A DNA stretch of 41,553 nt from Actinomycetota bacterium (GTDB lineage: Bacteria > Actinomycetota > UBA4738 > HRBIN12), in contig JAOUEA010000002.1 of NCBI GenBank assembly GCA_029858935.1, positions 1-41,553 of the forward strand, written 5' to 3'. The notes beneath the pieces are model-generated. The model searched no databases. It was not told where the DNA came from and saw nothing but the letters and a program-made list of their open reading frames with translations. Made by a program: the position numbers and the translations under genes. Positions 24,179 to 32,632 of this stretch are shown here, piece after piece. The stretch's first letter is position 1. Each line of letters opens with the position of its first letter.

Positions 24179-26914
24179 GTGGCGACGAAAGAGGGCGATG
24201 TCGAGGTCATCCGAGAGGGCCTGACCTTCGCGAGGTACTTCACGTCCGAGGGGAAGCACCCGTTCGATGACGTCGAGTGGGAGATCCGCGACGCGGTCAT
24301 CCCGAACTACAAGGAGGGTGGTAACGCCTTCGAGCAGCGCGACGTCGAGTTCCCCTCCTCGTGGTCGCAGAACGCCACCAACATCGTGGCCCAGAAGTAT
24401 TTCCGCGGCACCCTCGGTACGCCGCAGCGTGAGTCGAGCGTCAAGCAGCTCGCCGGCCGAGTCGTCGACACGATCACCCGTTGGGGCCAGAAGAGCGGCT
24501 ACTTCGCTGGTGACCACGACGCTCAGGTCTTCTCCGAGGAGTTGACCCACCTGGTCATCACGCAGAAGGCCGCGTTCAACTCGCCCGTGTGGTTCAACGT
24601 CGGAGTGCCCGACACCCCCCAGCAGTGCTCGGCGTGCTTCATCCTGGCCGTCGACGACCGCATGAGCTCGATCCTCAACTGGTACGTCGAGGAGGGCACG
24701 ATCTTCAAGGGGGGTTCGGGCTCGGGCATCAACCTGTCGAGGATCCGCTCGTCCAAGGAGTCGCTGGCGGGCGGCGGTACCGCGAGCGGTCCCGTGAGCT
24801 TCATGCGAGGTGCCGACGCGAGCGCGGGCACGATCAAGTCCGGCGGCAAGACGCGGCGAGCGGCCAAGATGGTGATCCTGAACGTCGATCACCCCGACGT
24901 CGAAGACTTCGTCTGGTGCAAGGCCAACGAGGAGCACAAGGCGAGGGCGCTTCGCGACGCCGGGTTCGACATGGATCTCGACGGCAAGGACAGTGCCTCG
25001 ATCCAGTACCAGAACGCGAACAACTCCGTGCGCGTCACCGACGAGTTCATGCGGGCATTCGAACACGACCAGGATTGGAAGCTGAAGGCGGTGACCACGG
25101 GCGAGACGGTCGACACGGTCCGCGCCCGGGAACTCATGCGGCAGATCTCCGAGGCGGCTTGGGAGTGTGCCGACCCGGGTATGCAGTACGACACCACCAT
25201 CAACGAGTGGCACACCTGTCCGGCCACGGGACGCATCAACGGTTCGAACCCGTGCTCGGAGTACATGCACCTCGACAACTCGGCGTGCAACCTCGCGTCG
25301 TTGAACCTCATGAAGTTCCTGAACGACGATGGTTCGTTCGACGTTGCGAGCTTCAAGCACGCGGTCGAGGTCGTGTTTACGGCGCAAGAGATCGTGGTCG
25401 GCGAGTCCGACTATCCGACCGAGAAGATCGCCGAGAACGCACGAGCCTTCCGTCAGATCGGCTTGGGCTACGCCAACCTGGGTGCGCTGTTGATGGCGCG
25501 AGGGCTTCCGTACGATTCCGACTCGGGGCGGGCGTGGGCAGGTGCGATCACCGCGATCATGACCGGCCGCGCCTACCGCACGAGTGCGCGCATCGCTGAG
25601 GTGATGGGTCCGTTCGAGGGATACGAGCCGAACGCTGATGCGATGCTGCGTGTGATGCGCAAGCATCGCGCGGCTGCCGACGAGATCGACGGCGAGCTCG
25701 TGCCCGAGGCGTTGTTGTCGGCCGCGAAGCAGTCGTGGGACGAGGCGATCTCGCTCGGTGAGCTGCACGGCTATCGCAACGCGCAGGCGTCGGTCCTGGC
25801 CCCGACCGGCACGATCGGCTTGATGATGGATTGCGACACGACCGGCATCGAGCCGGAGCTGGCGCTGGTCAAGACGAAGAAGCTGGTCGGGGGCGGCACG
25901 ATGCAGTTCGTGAATCAGACCGTGCCGCGCGCGCTCGACAGACTCGGGTACGACGCTGAGCAGATCGACGATGTCGTTGCTTTCATCGCCGAGCACAACT
26001 CGGTGCTCGACGCTCCGCACCTCAAGCCCGAGCACCACGCCGTCTTCGACACCGCGATGGGCGCCCAGCCCATCCACTACATGGGCCACGTGCGCATGAT
26101 GGCGGCGGCGCAGCCGTTCATCTCAGGGGCGATCTCCAAGACCGTGAACATGCCCGAAGAAGCGACGGTCGAAGAAGTCGAGCAGCTCTTCGTCGAGAGT
26201 TGGAAGCTGGGACTGAAGGCAGTAGCGATCTACCGCGACAACTGCAAGGTCGCTCAGCCCCTGTCGGCGGACAAGAAGAAGGACACGCACGCGCCGGAGC
26301 CGGCCGAGCTCGCGCACCCCGTGCGCAAACGCCTTCCGATGTCCAGACCCTCGACCACGACGTCGTTCCAGCTGGGCGATGCCGAGGGATACATCACCGC
26401 AGGCTCATATCCCGACGACGGCCTCGGTGAGATCTTCCTGAAGACCTCGAAGCAGGGGTCGACGCTCGCCGGTGTCATGGACGCCTTCGCGATCGCGGTC
26501 TCGATCGGGCTGCAATACGGGGTGCCGCTCGAGACCTACGTCTCGAAGTTCATCAATACGAAGTTCGAGCCCAGCGGTATGACCAACGACCCCGACATCC
26601 GGTTCGCGTCGTCGATGATCGACTATGTGTTCCGGCGTCTCGCCCTCGACTACCTGACGCCGGAGACCAGGGAAGGGCTGGGCATCAAGTCGATCGCCGA
26701 GAGGACCGAGACGGCCCAGGCCGAGATGGGAGCGACGACGGAGCAACCGACGTTGCCCGCACCGGCCGACCCGCCGCAGTCGGTCGAGATCGGCGACAGG
26801 CCGACCGCCAAGGTGCTCGATGCCCCCCTGTGCTACCAGTGCGGATCGAAGATGCAGCCGGCCGGTTCCTGTTACGTCTGCACGAGCTGCGGTTCGACGA
26901 GCGGCTGCTCGTAG
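24179..26914 (+). CDS. nrdJ: Adenosylcobalamin-dependent (class II) ribonucleotide reductase
   Basis: N-terminal WSQNATNIVAQKYFRG, and the segments SACFIL, NPCSEY and GGGTMQF. C-terminal Cys-rich tail CYQCGSKMQPAGSCYVCTSCGS. GTG 24179 follows GAGAGGGAGG. The upstream part of track ORF 23780..26914 overlaps nrdR and is not coding. Confidence 0.93.
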   Translation: MATKEGDVEVIREGLTFARYFTSEGKHPFDDVEWEIRDAVIPNYKEGGNAFEQRDVEFPSSWSQNATNIVAQKYFRGTLGTPQRESSVKQLAGRVVDTITRWGQKSGYFAGDHDAQVFSEELTHLVITQKAAFNSPVWFNVGVPDTPQQCSACFILAVDDRMSSILNWYVEEGTIFKGGSGSGINLSRIRSSKESLAGGGTASGPVSFMRGADASAGTIKSGGKTRRAAKMVILNVDHPDVEDFVWCKANEEHKARALRDAGFDMDLDGKDSASIQYQNANNSVRVTDEFMRAFEHDQDWKLKAVTTGETVDTVRARELMRQISEAAWECADPGMQYDTTINEWHTCPATGRINGSNPCSEYMHLDNSACNLASLNLMKFLNDDGSFDVASFKHAVEVVFTAQEIVVGESDYPTEKIAENARAFRQIGLGYANLGALLMARGLPYDSDSGRAWAGAITAIMTGRAYRTSARIAEVMGPFEGYEPNADAMLRVMRKHRAAADEIDGELVPEALLSAAKQSWDEAISLGELHGYRNAQASVLAPTGTIGLMMDCDTTGIEPELALVKTKKLVGGGTMQFVNQTVPRALDRLGYDAEQIDDVVAFIAEHNSVLDAPHLKPEHHAVFDTAMGAQPIHYMGHVRMMAAAQPFISGAISKTVNMPEEATVEEVEQLFVESWKLGLKAVAIYRDNCKVAQPLSADKKKDTHAPEPAELAHPVRKRLPMSRPSTTTSFQLGDAEGYITAGSYPDDGLGEIFLKTSKQGSTLAGVMDAFAIAVSIGLQYGVPLETYVSKFINTKFEPSGMTNDPDIRFASSMIDYVFRRLALDYLTPETREGLGIKSIAERTETAQAEMGATTEQPTLPAPADPPQSVEIGDRPTAKVLDAPLCYQCGSKMQPAGSCYVCTSCGSTSGCS

Positions 26915-26926
26915 GCGACCGTCACG

Positions 26927-26975
26927 CCGGGCCCGGGCCCGGGCCCGGGCCGGGGCCGTGCGCCGACCCCGGCCC
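26927..26975. repeat. Self-complementary hexanucleotide tract (CCGGGC)x4 (26927-26950) followed by a 9-bp stem hairpin (26947-26955 / 26967-26975)
   Basis: Read directly. The tract begins 13 nt after the nrdJ stop. It could act as a terminator or mRNA-stabilising structure (no U-tract). Confidence 0.8.
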
Positions 26976-27023
26976 TCCTGTGATGCTTCTGCCGGTGCCG
27001 GGCTCCCGCGGCGCCGGTAGCCT

Positions 27024-27410
27024 GTGGCGATGGACGAGCACGGGGCGCGACTGCGGGGCCTGCATCACGTTCAGCTCGCCATGCCGCCGGGAGAGGAAGA
27101 AGCGGCCGTGCGCTTCTACGCCGCGATCCTGGGCCTCACGCAGGTTCCGAAACCGCCGGATCTGGCTCCGCGTGGAGGCGTGTGGTTCCGTGACGACGAT
27201 CTCGAGGTGCATCTTGGCATCGAGGAACCGTTCACGCCGGCCGTGAAGGCGCATCCCGCCTTCCTCGTCAACGATCTGGAGACGCTGCGCGAACGCATCC
27301 AGGCCGCCGGCTACCGCGTGACCGACGACGTGCCGCTCGAGGGGTACCACCGGTGCCACGTGCGTGACCCCTTCGGAAATCGGATCGAGTTGGTGGAGCC
27401 GAAGGCGTGA
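27024..27410 (+). CDS. VOC family protein (glyoxalase/bleomycin-resistance/dioxygenase fold)
   Basis: LHHVQLAMP...FY..ILGL...HLGIEE...AHPAF...V..DPFGNRIELVE pattern. ATG 27030 is an alternative and possibly leaderless start (TAGCCT -10-like hexamer at 27018-27023). Confidence 0.8.
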   Translation: MAMDEHGARLRGLHHVQLAMPPGEEEAAVRFYAAILGLTQVPKPPDLAPRGGVWFRDDDLEVHLGIEEPFTPAVKAHPAFLVNDLETLRERIQAAGYRVTDDVPLEGYHRCHVRDPFGNRIELVEPKA

Positions 27411-27844
27411 TGGAGCTGCCGATCCGCCGCCTCGATGCCGAGGCGAGGCTGCCGACGGCGCACCATCCAGGCGATGCAGGTCTCGACCTCCGAGCGAACG
27501 CCGACGTGGAAGTGTTGCCCGGCGAGCGGGCGATGATCCCGACCGGCATCGCGGTCGCGATCCCCGAAGGGCATGCTGGCCTCGTGCTGCCGCGGTCCGG
27601 GTTGGCATCGAAGCGCGGACTCACGCTCGCGAACTCGCCGGGGCTGATCGATGCGGGGTATCGCGGGGAAGTGATCGTCGCCGTCGTGAATCTCGACCGC
27701 TCTGATCCGGTGGACATCGCCCGCGGTGACCGGATCGCCCAACTCGTCATCGTCGGTCTGCCCGCCGTCGAGCCGATGTGGGCGGCCGAGCTTCCGGATT
27801 CCCGACGAGGCGAGGGCGGCTTCGGGTCGACCGGGTCCGCGTGA
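27407..27844 (+). CDS. dut: dUTP diphosphatase
   Basis: AGLDL, PRSGLA, GLIDAGYRGE and C-terminal RGEGGFGSTG motifs. GTG 27407 or ATG 27410 overlaps the VOC stop. Confidence 0.95.
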   Translation: MMELPIRRLDAEARLPTAHHPGDAGLDLRANADVEVLPGERAMIPTGIAVAIPEGHAGLVLPRSGLASKRGLTLANSPGLIDAGYRGEVIVAVVNLDRSDPVDIARGDRIAQLVIVGLPAVEPMWAAELPDSRRGEGGFGSTGSA

Positions 27845-28350
27845 TCGTCCGTCTCGAGACCCCTCGAGACCGCGACTCCGCGCTCGACGTCGAGCGAACC
27901 GCGTTCGACGGAGCCCTCGAGGCCGAGATCGTGGAAGCGGTCCGCGACGAGCAGGGGTCCTTCGCGTTCGTGGCCGTGATCGACGGCGAGGTCGTCGGTC
28001 ACGTGCAGATGAGTCGGGCGTGGGTCGAAGAGACGGCCGTGTCGGCGCTGGGCCCGATCGGCGTGATGCCGGGTCATCAGCGTCGGGGGATCGGCTCAGC
28101 GCTTGTGCGAGCCGCGCTCGCCGAAGCGGAGCGGCGCGACGAACCTGCCGTGATCTTGTTGGGCGAACCGGCCTACTACGGTCGTCTCGGATTCGTTCCC
28201 GCATCACGGTTCGGGCTCCGCGATCCATTCGCCGGCCGAGATGACGGCGGGCCCGTCGTCGACGAGGGCTTCTTCCAGATCGCGCTGCTCGACGAAGACT
28301 CCGCTGGGCTCCTCGCTGGGGAGGTTCGGTGGCACCCGGCGTTCGGTTGA
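27841..28350 (+). CDS. GNAT family N-acetyltransferase (YhbS-like)
   Basis: Q/RRRGIGSALVRAAL acetyl-CoA motif and GEPAYYGRLGF tail. GTG 27841 overlaps the dut stop (GTGA). Confidence 0.82.
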   Translation: MIVRLETPRDRDSALDVERTAFDGALEAEIVEAVRDEQGSFAFVAVIDGEVVGHVQMSRAWVEETAVSALGPIGVMPGHQRRGIGSALVRAALAEAERRDEPAVILLGEPAYYGRLGFVPASRFGLRDPFAGRDDGGPVVDEGFFQIALLDEDSAGLLAGEVRWHPAFG

Positions 28351-28388
28351 AGGTCCCTAGAGCCGGGGTTAGCATGGTCTCAGCGCGC

Positions 28389-28461
<73 letters not shown>

Positions 28462-28466
28462 CCGTT

Positions 28467-28492
28467 GAACGGCCGCCTCCGGGCGGCCGTTC
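28467..28492 (+). terminator. Perfect 11-bp stem / 4-nt loop hairpin (GAACGGCCGCC-tccg-GGCGGCCGTTC) between tRNA-Gly and tRNA-Cys
   Basis: Read directly. It is followed by a G/T-rich run (gtgtgtcgt), not a clean U-tract. Confidence 0.45.
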
Positions 28493-28534
28493 GTGTGTCG
28501 TCACGTAGACTGCCGTCGCGCATCGCGATGCCGC

Positions 28535-28605
28535 GGCGGGGTGGCCGAGTGGTTAGGCAGAGGCCTGCAAAGCCTCGTACACCGGTTCGATTCCGGTCCC
28601 CGCCT
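28535..28605 (+). tRNA. tRNA-Cys (anticodon GCA)
   Basis: 71 nt: acceptor GGCGGGG/CCCCGCC, anticodon arm GAGGC-CTGCAAA-GCCTC, T arm ACCGG-TTCGATT-CCGGT. Confidence 0.92.
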
Positions 28606-28639
28606 CGAGGGTTCACGTGTAGCATCGCGGGGCCATCCA

Positions 28640-28711
28640 GGGCGCTTAGCTCAGGGGGAGAGCGCTTCCTTGACACGGAAGAGGTCAGAGGTTCAAATCC
28701 TCTAGCGCCCA
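28640..28711 (+). tRNA. tRNA-Val (anticodon GAC)
   Basis: 72 nt: acceptor GGGCGCT/AGCGCCC, anticodon arm CTTCC-TTGACAC-GGAAG, T-loop TTCAAAT. Confidence 0.92.
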
Positions 28712-28893
28712 CGAGGGAAGGTGGATAGATTCACCGAGTGCGCTGCGGCGCAGGTCATCATAGGTTGCCTGGCCAAGAGCCTCGACCCAATCCCGACTTG
28801 ACCGCGGTGAAGTTCCGTACCACCTTTTGCAGGGGATGCATACGGAGGGGCCCACCGATCTGGGGCGGTGCCGGAACGAAGGGGAGGGATTTC

Positions 28894-30498
28894 GTGTCGA
28901 CAAGACCGTTCGCTTCACGGATGCTCGTGCTGGTCGCTGTATTGGCACTCGTTGCCGCCGCGTGCGACAGCGGTGGCGAGACGCCGACCGATGAGGGGTC
29001 GCCCGGCACGAGCACCGGCGGCACGATCATCCACGGCACGACCGATACGATCGTGTCGCTCGACCCCGCTGGGCAGTACGACTTCGGTTCGAACCAGATC
29101 AGTCAGCAGGTGTACAACACGCTGCTCGAGGTGCCGGAGGGTGAGACGACGCCTCAGCCCGCCCTCGCGGATTGCGTGACCGACGACTCGATGGTGTACA
29201 CGTGCACGCTGCAGGACGGATTGACGTTCTCCGACGGTTCCGAGCTCACCTCGGAGGACGTCGCGTTCTCGTTCCAGAGGAACATCGAGATCGACGACCC
29301 GGCCGGTGCGTGCAGCCTGTTAGCTTCGCTCGCAGCCTGCGGCAAGTGGAAGGACGGGGTCATCGAGACCCCCGATCCCCAAACGGTGGTCTTCAACCTG
29401 TCGGCCCCCGACGCCGTCTGGCCGTTCATCCTGACCACCAGCGCGGCGTTCATCGTGCCGTCCGACGTCTTCCCGGCGGACGAGCTCCAGGCCGACGGTG
29501 AGATCGTCGGTTCCGGTCGCTACACGCTCGCGCAGTATCGCGCGGGAGAGCAGGTCGTCCTCGAGGCCAACGAGAGCTTCTGGGGAGACCCGCCGTTGAA
29601 TGACCGGGTCATCGTGCAGTATTTCGATCAGTCGTCCGCGCTGAAGCTTGCGATCGAGCAGGGGGATGTCGACATCGCGTGGCGAACGCTGACCCCGACC
29701 GACGTTTCGTCGCTCCAGGGTCAGGAAGGGCTCAGCGTGCTGACGGGACCTGGAGGTGAGATCCGCTACCTGGTCTTCAACACGAGCCTTGAGCCCGGGA
29801 ACGAACTCGCGGTGCGCAAGGCCGCCGCCATGGTCCTCGACAGGCAGGCGATCGTCGACAACGTCTATGAGGGAACCGTCGACCCGCTCTGGTCGATGGT
29901 GCCGGCCGGATTCGCCGGCCACATCGACGTCTTCAAGGACGTCTACGGGGAGACCCCCGATGTACAGGGCGCGGAGCAAGTGCTGAAGGATGCAGGAGTG
30001 AGCACCCCGGTGCCCATCGAGATCTGGTGGACGCCGACGCACTACGGCGACGCGTCGGCCGACGAGTACGCCGAGATCCAGCGGTCGTTCGAGGAGAGCG
30101 GCTTGTTCACGGTGACGCTGAAATCGACCGAGTGGGACCGCTACACCGAGGCCGCGTTCACCGACCAGTACCCCTCGTACCAGCTCGGCTGGTTCCCCGA
30201 CTATGTCGACGGCGACAACTATGTGGCGAGCTTCTACTCGTCGAGCTCGTTCCTGAACGACCACTTCGACAGCAAGGAGGTCGACGACCTCATCGCCACC
30301 GAACGGGCCTCGACAGATCAGGCGGAACGAGAGGCAGCCTTCGAACGCATCCAGGAGATAGGTGCCGCGGAGGTGCCGATCATCCCGGTGTGGCAGGGGA
30401 CGCAGCTCGCGATCGTCCGCGACGGGGTCGAGGGGGTCCAGGCGACGCTCGACCCCACGTACATCTTCCGGTACTGGGGGATCACGAAGGCGTCCTGA
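28894..30498 (+). CDS. ABC transporter substrate-binding lipoprotein, family 5 (peptide/nickel/opine type)
   Basis: GTG 28894 follows GAAGGGGAGGGA. Signal peptide with lipobox (LALVAAAC). Length and internal motifs fit DppA/OppA-like binding proteins. The track start 28738 would run into the tRNA flank. Confidence 0.88.
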   Translation: MSTRPFASRMLVLVAVLALVAAACDSGGETPTDEGSPGTSTGGTIIHGTTDTIVSLDPAGQYDFGSNQISQQVYNTLLEVPEGETTPQPALADCVTDDSMVYTCTLQDGLTFSDGSELTSEDVAFSFQRNIEIDDPAGACSLLASLAACGKWKDGVIETPDPQTVVFNLSAPDAVWPFILTTSAAFIVPSDVFPADELQADGEIVGSGRYTLAQYRAGEQVVLEANESFWGDPPLNDRVIVQYFDQSSALKLAIEQGDVDIAWRTLTPTDVSSLQGQEGLSVLTGPGGEIRYLVFNTSLEPGNELAVRKAAAMVLDRQAIVDNVYEGTVDPLWSMVPAGFAGHIDVFKDVYGETPDVQGAEQVLKDAGVSTPVPIEIWWTPTHYGDASADEYAEIQRSFEESGLFTVTLKSTEWDRYTEAAFTDQYPSYQLGWFPDYVDGDNYVASFYSSSSFLNDHFDSKEVDDLIATERASTDQAEREAAFERIQEIGAAEVPIIPVWQGTQLAIVRDGVEGVQATLDPTYIFRYWGITKAS

Positions 30499-30526
30499 TC
30501 CGGGTCGAAACCCACACGGCACCTCG

Positions 30527-30554
30527 GAGGGCGCGGGCGAGGCCCCGCGCCCTC
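30527..30554 (+). terminator. Intercistronic hairpin, 11-bp perfect stem / 6-nt loop (GAGGGCGCGGG-cgaggc-CCCGCGCCCTC)
   Basis: Read directly. It lies between the binding-protein gene and the first permease gene, so it is likely a partial terminator or mRNA stabiliser. Confidence 0.45.
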
Positions 30555-30584
30555 ACGAGATGTCCGGGGTAGATTGAGGGCCCC

Positions 30585-31613
30585 ATGGCGAAGCAGTCGA
30601 CCTCGCTCCGCGCTTACCTGCTGACGAGGATCGCACTCGCGATCCCGATGCTCCTGATCCTGCTCACGCTCGTCTTCTTCCTGATGCGGGTGGCGCCCGG
30701 CGATCCCATCAGCGCTGCGCTGGGTGGCCGGCTCACCCAGGAGGAACTCGACCGGCGTCGGGCGGAGGCGGGGTACGACCGTCCCCTCGCGGTGCAATAC
30801 GTGGACTACCTCGGGGACGTCGCCACGCTGAACTTCGGCGAGACCATCGTGGACAACCGGCCGGTCACCGAGGTCATCGTTCAGAACGGCGCAGCCACCC
30901 TGGAGCTGACCCTGACCGCGATGCTGATCGCCGTCGGCGTCGGCGTCTCCATCGGCCTCGTTGCGGGCCGGCATCGAGATACGTCGGTGGACTTCGCTGG
31001 GCGCATGTTCGGCATCGTGATCTATGCGGCTCCCGTGTTCTTCCTCGGGTTCCTGGCTCAACTCGTCTTCGGCAAATGGCTCGGCTGGTTCCCGACCTCG
31101 GGGCGGGCGAGTCCGATCGTCACGTTCGAACTCGAGACGAAGACAAACCTGTTCATCGTGGACTCGATCATCTCCGGCAACTGGAGCGCGCTCGCCGATG
31201 TGCTCCGCCATCTCGTACTTCCCGCCACCGTGCTCGGGCTCGTCATCGGAGGGGTCTTCATCCGACTCGTCCGCGTCAACCTGATCCAGACGCTCAAGGG
31301 CGACTACATCGAGGCCGCGCGCGCGCGCGGCATCGAGGAACGCTCGGTCGTCTACCACCACGCCTTCAAGAACGCCTTGGTGCCGGTCATCACGGTCATC
31401 GGACTTCAGTTCGCGCTGCTCCTGTCCGGCGCCGTGCTCACCGAACAAACCTTCAACTGGCCAGGGATCGGCTCGGAGCTCGTGCGCTACCTGGACAACC
31501 GCGACTACATCGCCGTGCAGGGAATCATCACGTTCACGGGCATCGTTGTGATCTTCGTCAGCGTCTTCATCGATTTCGTGAACGCCTGGGTCGATCCGCG
31601 GGTGCGCTACTGA
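30585..31613 (+). CDS. ABC transporter permease (DppB/OppB type)
   Basis: N-terminal YLLTRIALAIPMLLILLTLVFFLMRVAPGDP signature and the EAA-loop region (YIEAARARG). Confidence 0.9.
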   Translation: MAKQSTSLRAYLLTRIALAIPMLLILLTLVFFLMRVAPGDPISAALGGRLTQEELDRRRAEAGYDRPLAVQYVDYLGDVATLNFGETIVDNRPVTEVIVQNGAATLELTLTAMLIAVGVGVSIGLVAGRHRDTSVDFAGRMFGIVIYAAPVFFLGFLAQLVFGKWLGWFPTSGRASPIVTFELETKTNLFIVDSIISGNWSALADVLRHLVLPATVLGLVIGGVFIRLVRVNLIQTLKGDYIEAARARGIEERSVVYHHAFKNALVPVITVIGLQFALLLSGAVLTEQTFNWPGIGSELVRYLDNRDYIAVQGIITFTGIVVIFVSVFIDFVNAWVDPRVRY

Positions 31614-32632
31614 TGGCGATGCCATCGGTCGAGGAGCCGACCGCGAACACCCGTCCAGCGGGTCCGGCGCCCGTGCGGGCGCGCCGGTTCCGCACCTTGC
31701 ACCGCATGTTCGCGCCGTTCGCCGAGGCTCGAGGCATGCCTCGGTTCGTGGTCTGGGCAGGAGTGGCCATCACGACCTTCTTCATCGTGCTGGCGCTGTT
31801 CTCTCCCGCGATCGCGCCGTACGACTTCGATCAATATCGGACGGCCGATGGCGTTCGCTTCGCGAAGCAGGAGGCTCCCTCGTCGGCGCACCCATTCGGC
31901 ACGAACGTGATGTCGACCGACGTGCTGTCGCGCGTGATCTTCGGCGCTCGGACCGCGATCGAAGTCGTCGTGCTGTCGATCTTCGTCTCGATGGCGATCG
32001 GTCTCCCACTGGGGCTGATGTCCGGCTACTTCGGAGGGAAGCTCGATCGCATCCTTCTCGTTTTCATGGATGCCCTGATCGCGTTCCCCTCGCTCCTGTT
32101 CGCGATCGTGATCGCCTTCCTGCTCTCTGACACGTTCGGCCGAGGGGTCACCACGGCGGCGTTGGCGATCTCGGTCGTGTATATCCCTCAGTACTTCCGC
32201 GTCGTGCGCAACCACGTGATCAGCATCCGCGAGGAGGCGTACGTGGAGGCCGCGAGGGCGATTGGAGCTCGGCCGCGCACGGTGATCCGGCGCTACGTGT
32301 TCCAGAACGTGGTCCAGAACGTGCCCGTGATCGCCACGCTGAACGCCGCCGATGCGATCCTGACGCTGGCGGCGCTCGGTTTCCTCGGCTACGGCATCCA
32401 GCCGACGGAGGCGGCCGAGTGGGGCTACGACATCCAGCGCGCGATCAGCGACGCTGGGGCGGGGATCTGGTGGACGGGGCTGTTCCCGGGCTGCGCCATC
32501 GTGTTGCTCGTGACCGGGCTCACTCTGTTGGGAGAGGGTCTCAACGACGTGATCAATCCGGTCCTTCGGCGGCGACGGATCATCCCCGTGCGCTTCCCCC
32601 CGTTGCGGCGGAACGGGAACGCCGATGAGTGA
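31613..32632 (+). CDS. ABC transporter permease (DppC/OppC type)
   Basis: HPFGTNVMSTDVLSRVIFGAR, the EAA loop (YVEAARAIGARP) and the other family segments. ATG 31613 overlaps the upstream TGA. The upstream part of track ORF 31076..32632 is a shadow frame. Confidence 0.9.
   Translation: MAMPSVEEPTANTRPAGPAPVRARRFRTLHRMFAPFAEARGMPRFVVWAGVAITTFFIVLALFSPAIAPYDFDQYRTADGVRFAKQEAPSSAHPFGTNVMSTDVLSRVIFGARTAIEVVVLSIFVSMAIGLPLGLMSGYFGGKLDRILLVFMDALIAFPSLLFAIVIAFLLSDTFGRGVTTAALAISVVYIPQYFRVVRNHVISIREEAYVEAARAIGARPRTVIRRYVFQNVVQNVPVIATLNAADAILTLAALGFLGYGIQPTEAAEWGYDIQRAISDAGAGIWWTGLFPGCAIVLLVTGLTLLGEGLNDVINPVLRRRRIIPVRFPPLRRNGNADE

Noticed and set aside
26922-27608. Minus-strand ORF ending in a GPGPGPGPGPA repeat, and plus-strand ORFs 26820..27020 and 26830..27246.
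   Set aside because: The repeat peptide is just the translation of the (CCGGGC)n tract. The ORFs overlap the well-supported VOC and dut genes in shadow frames.
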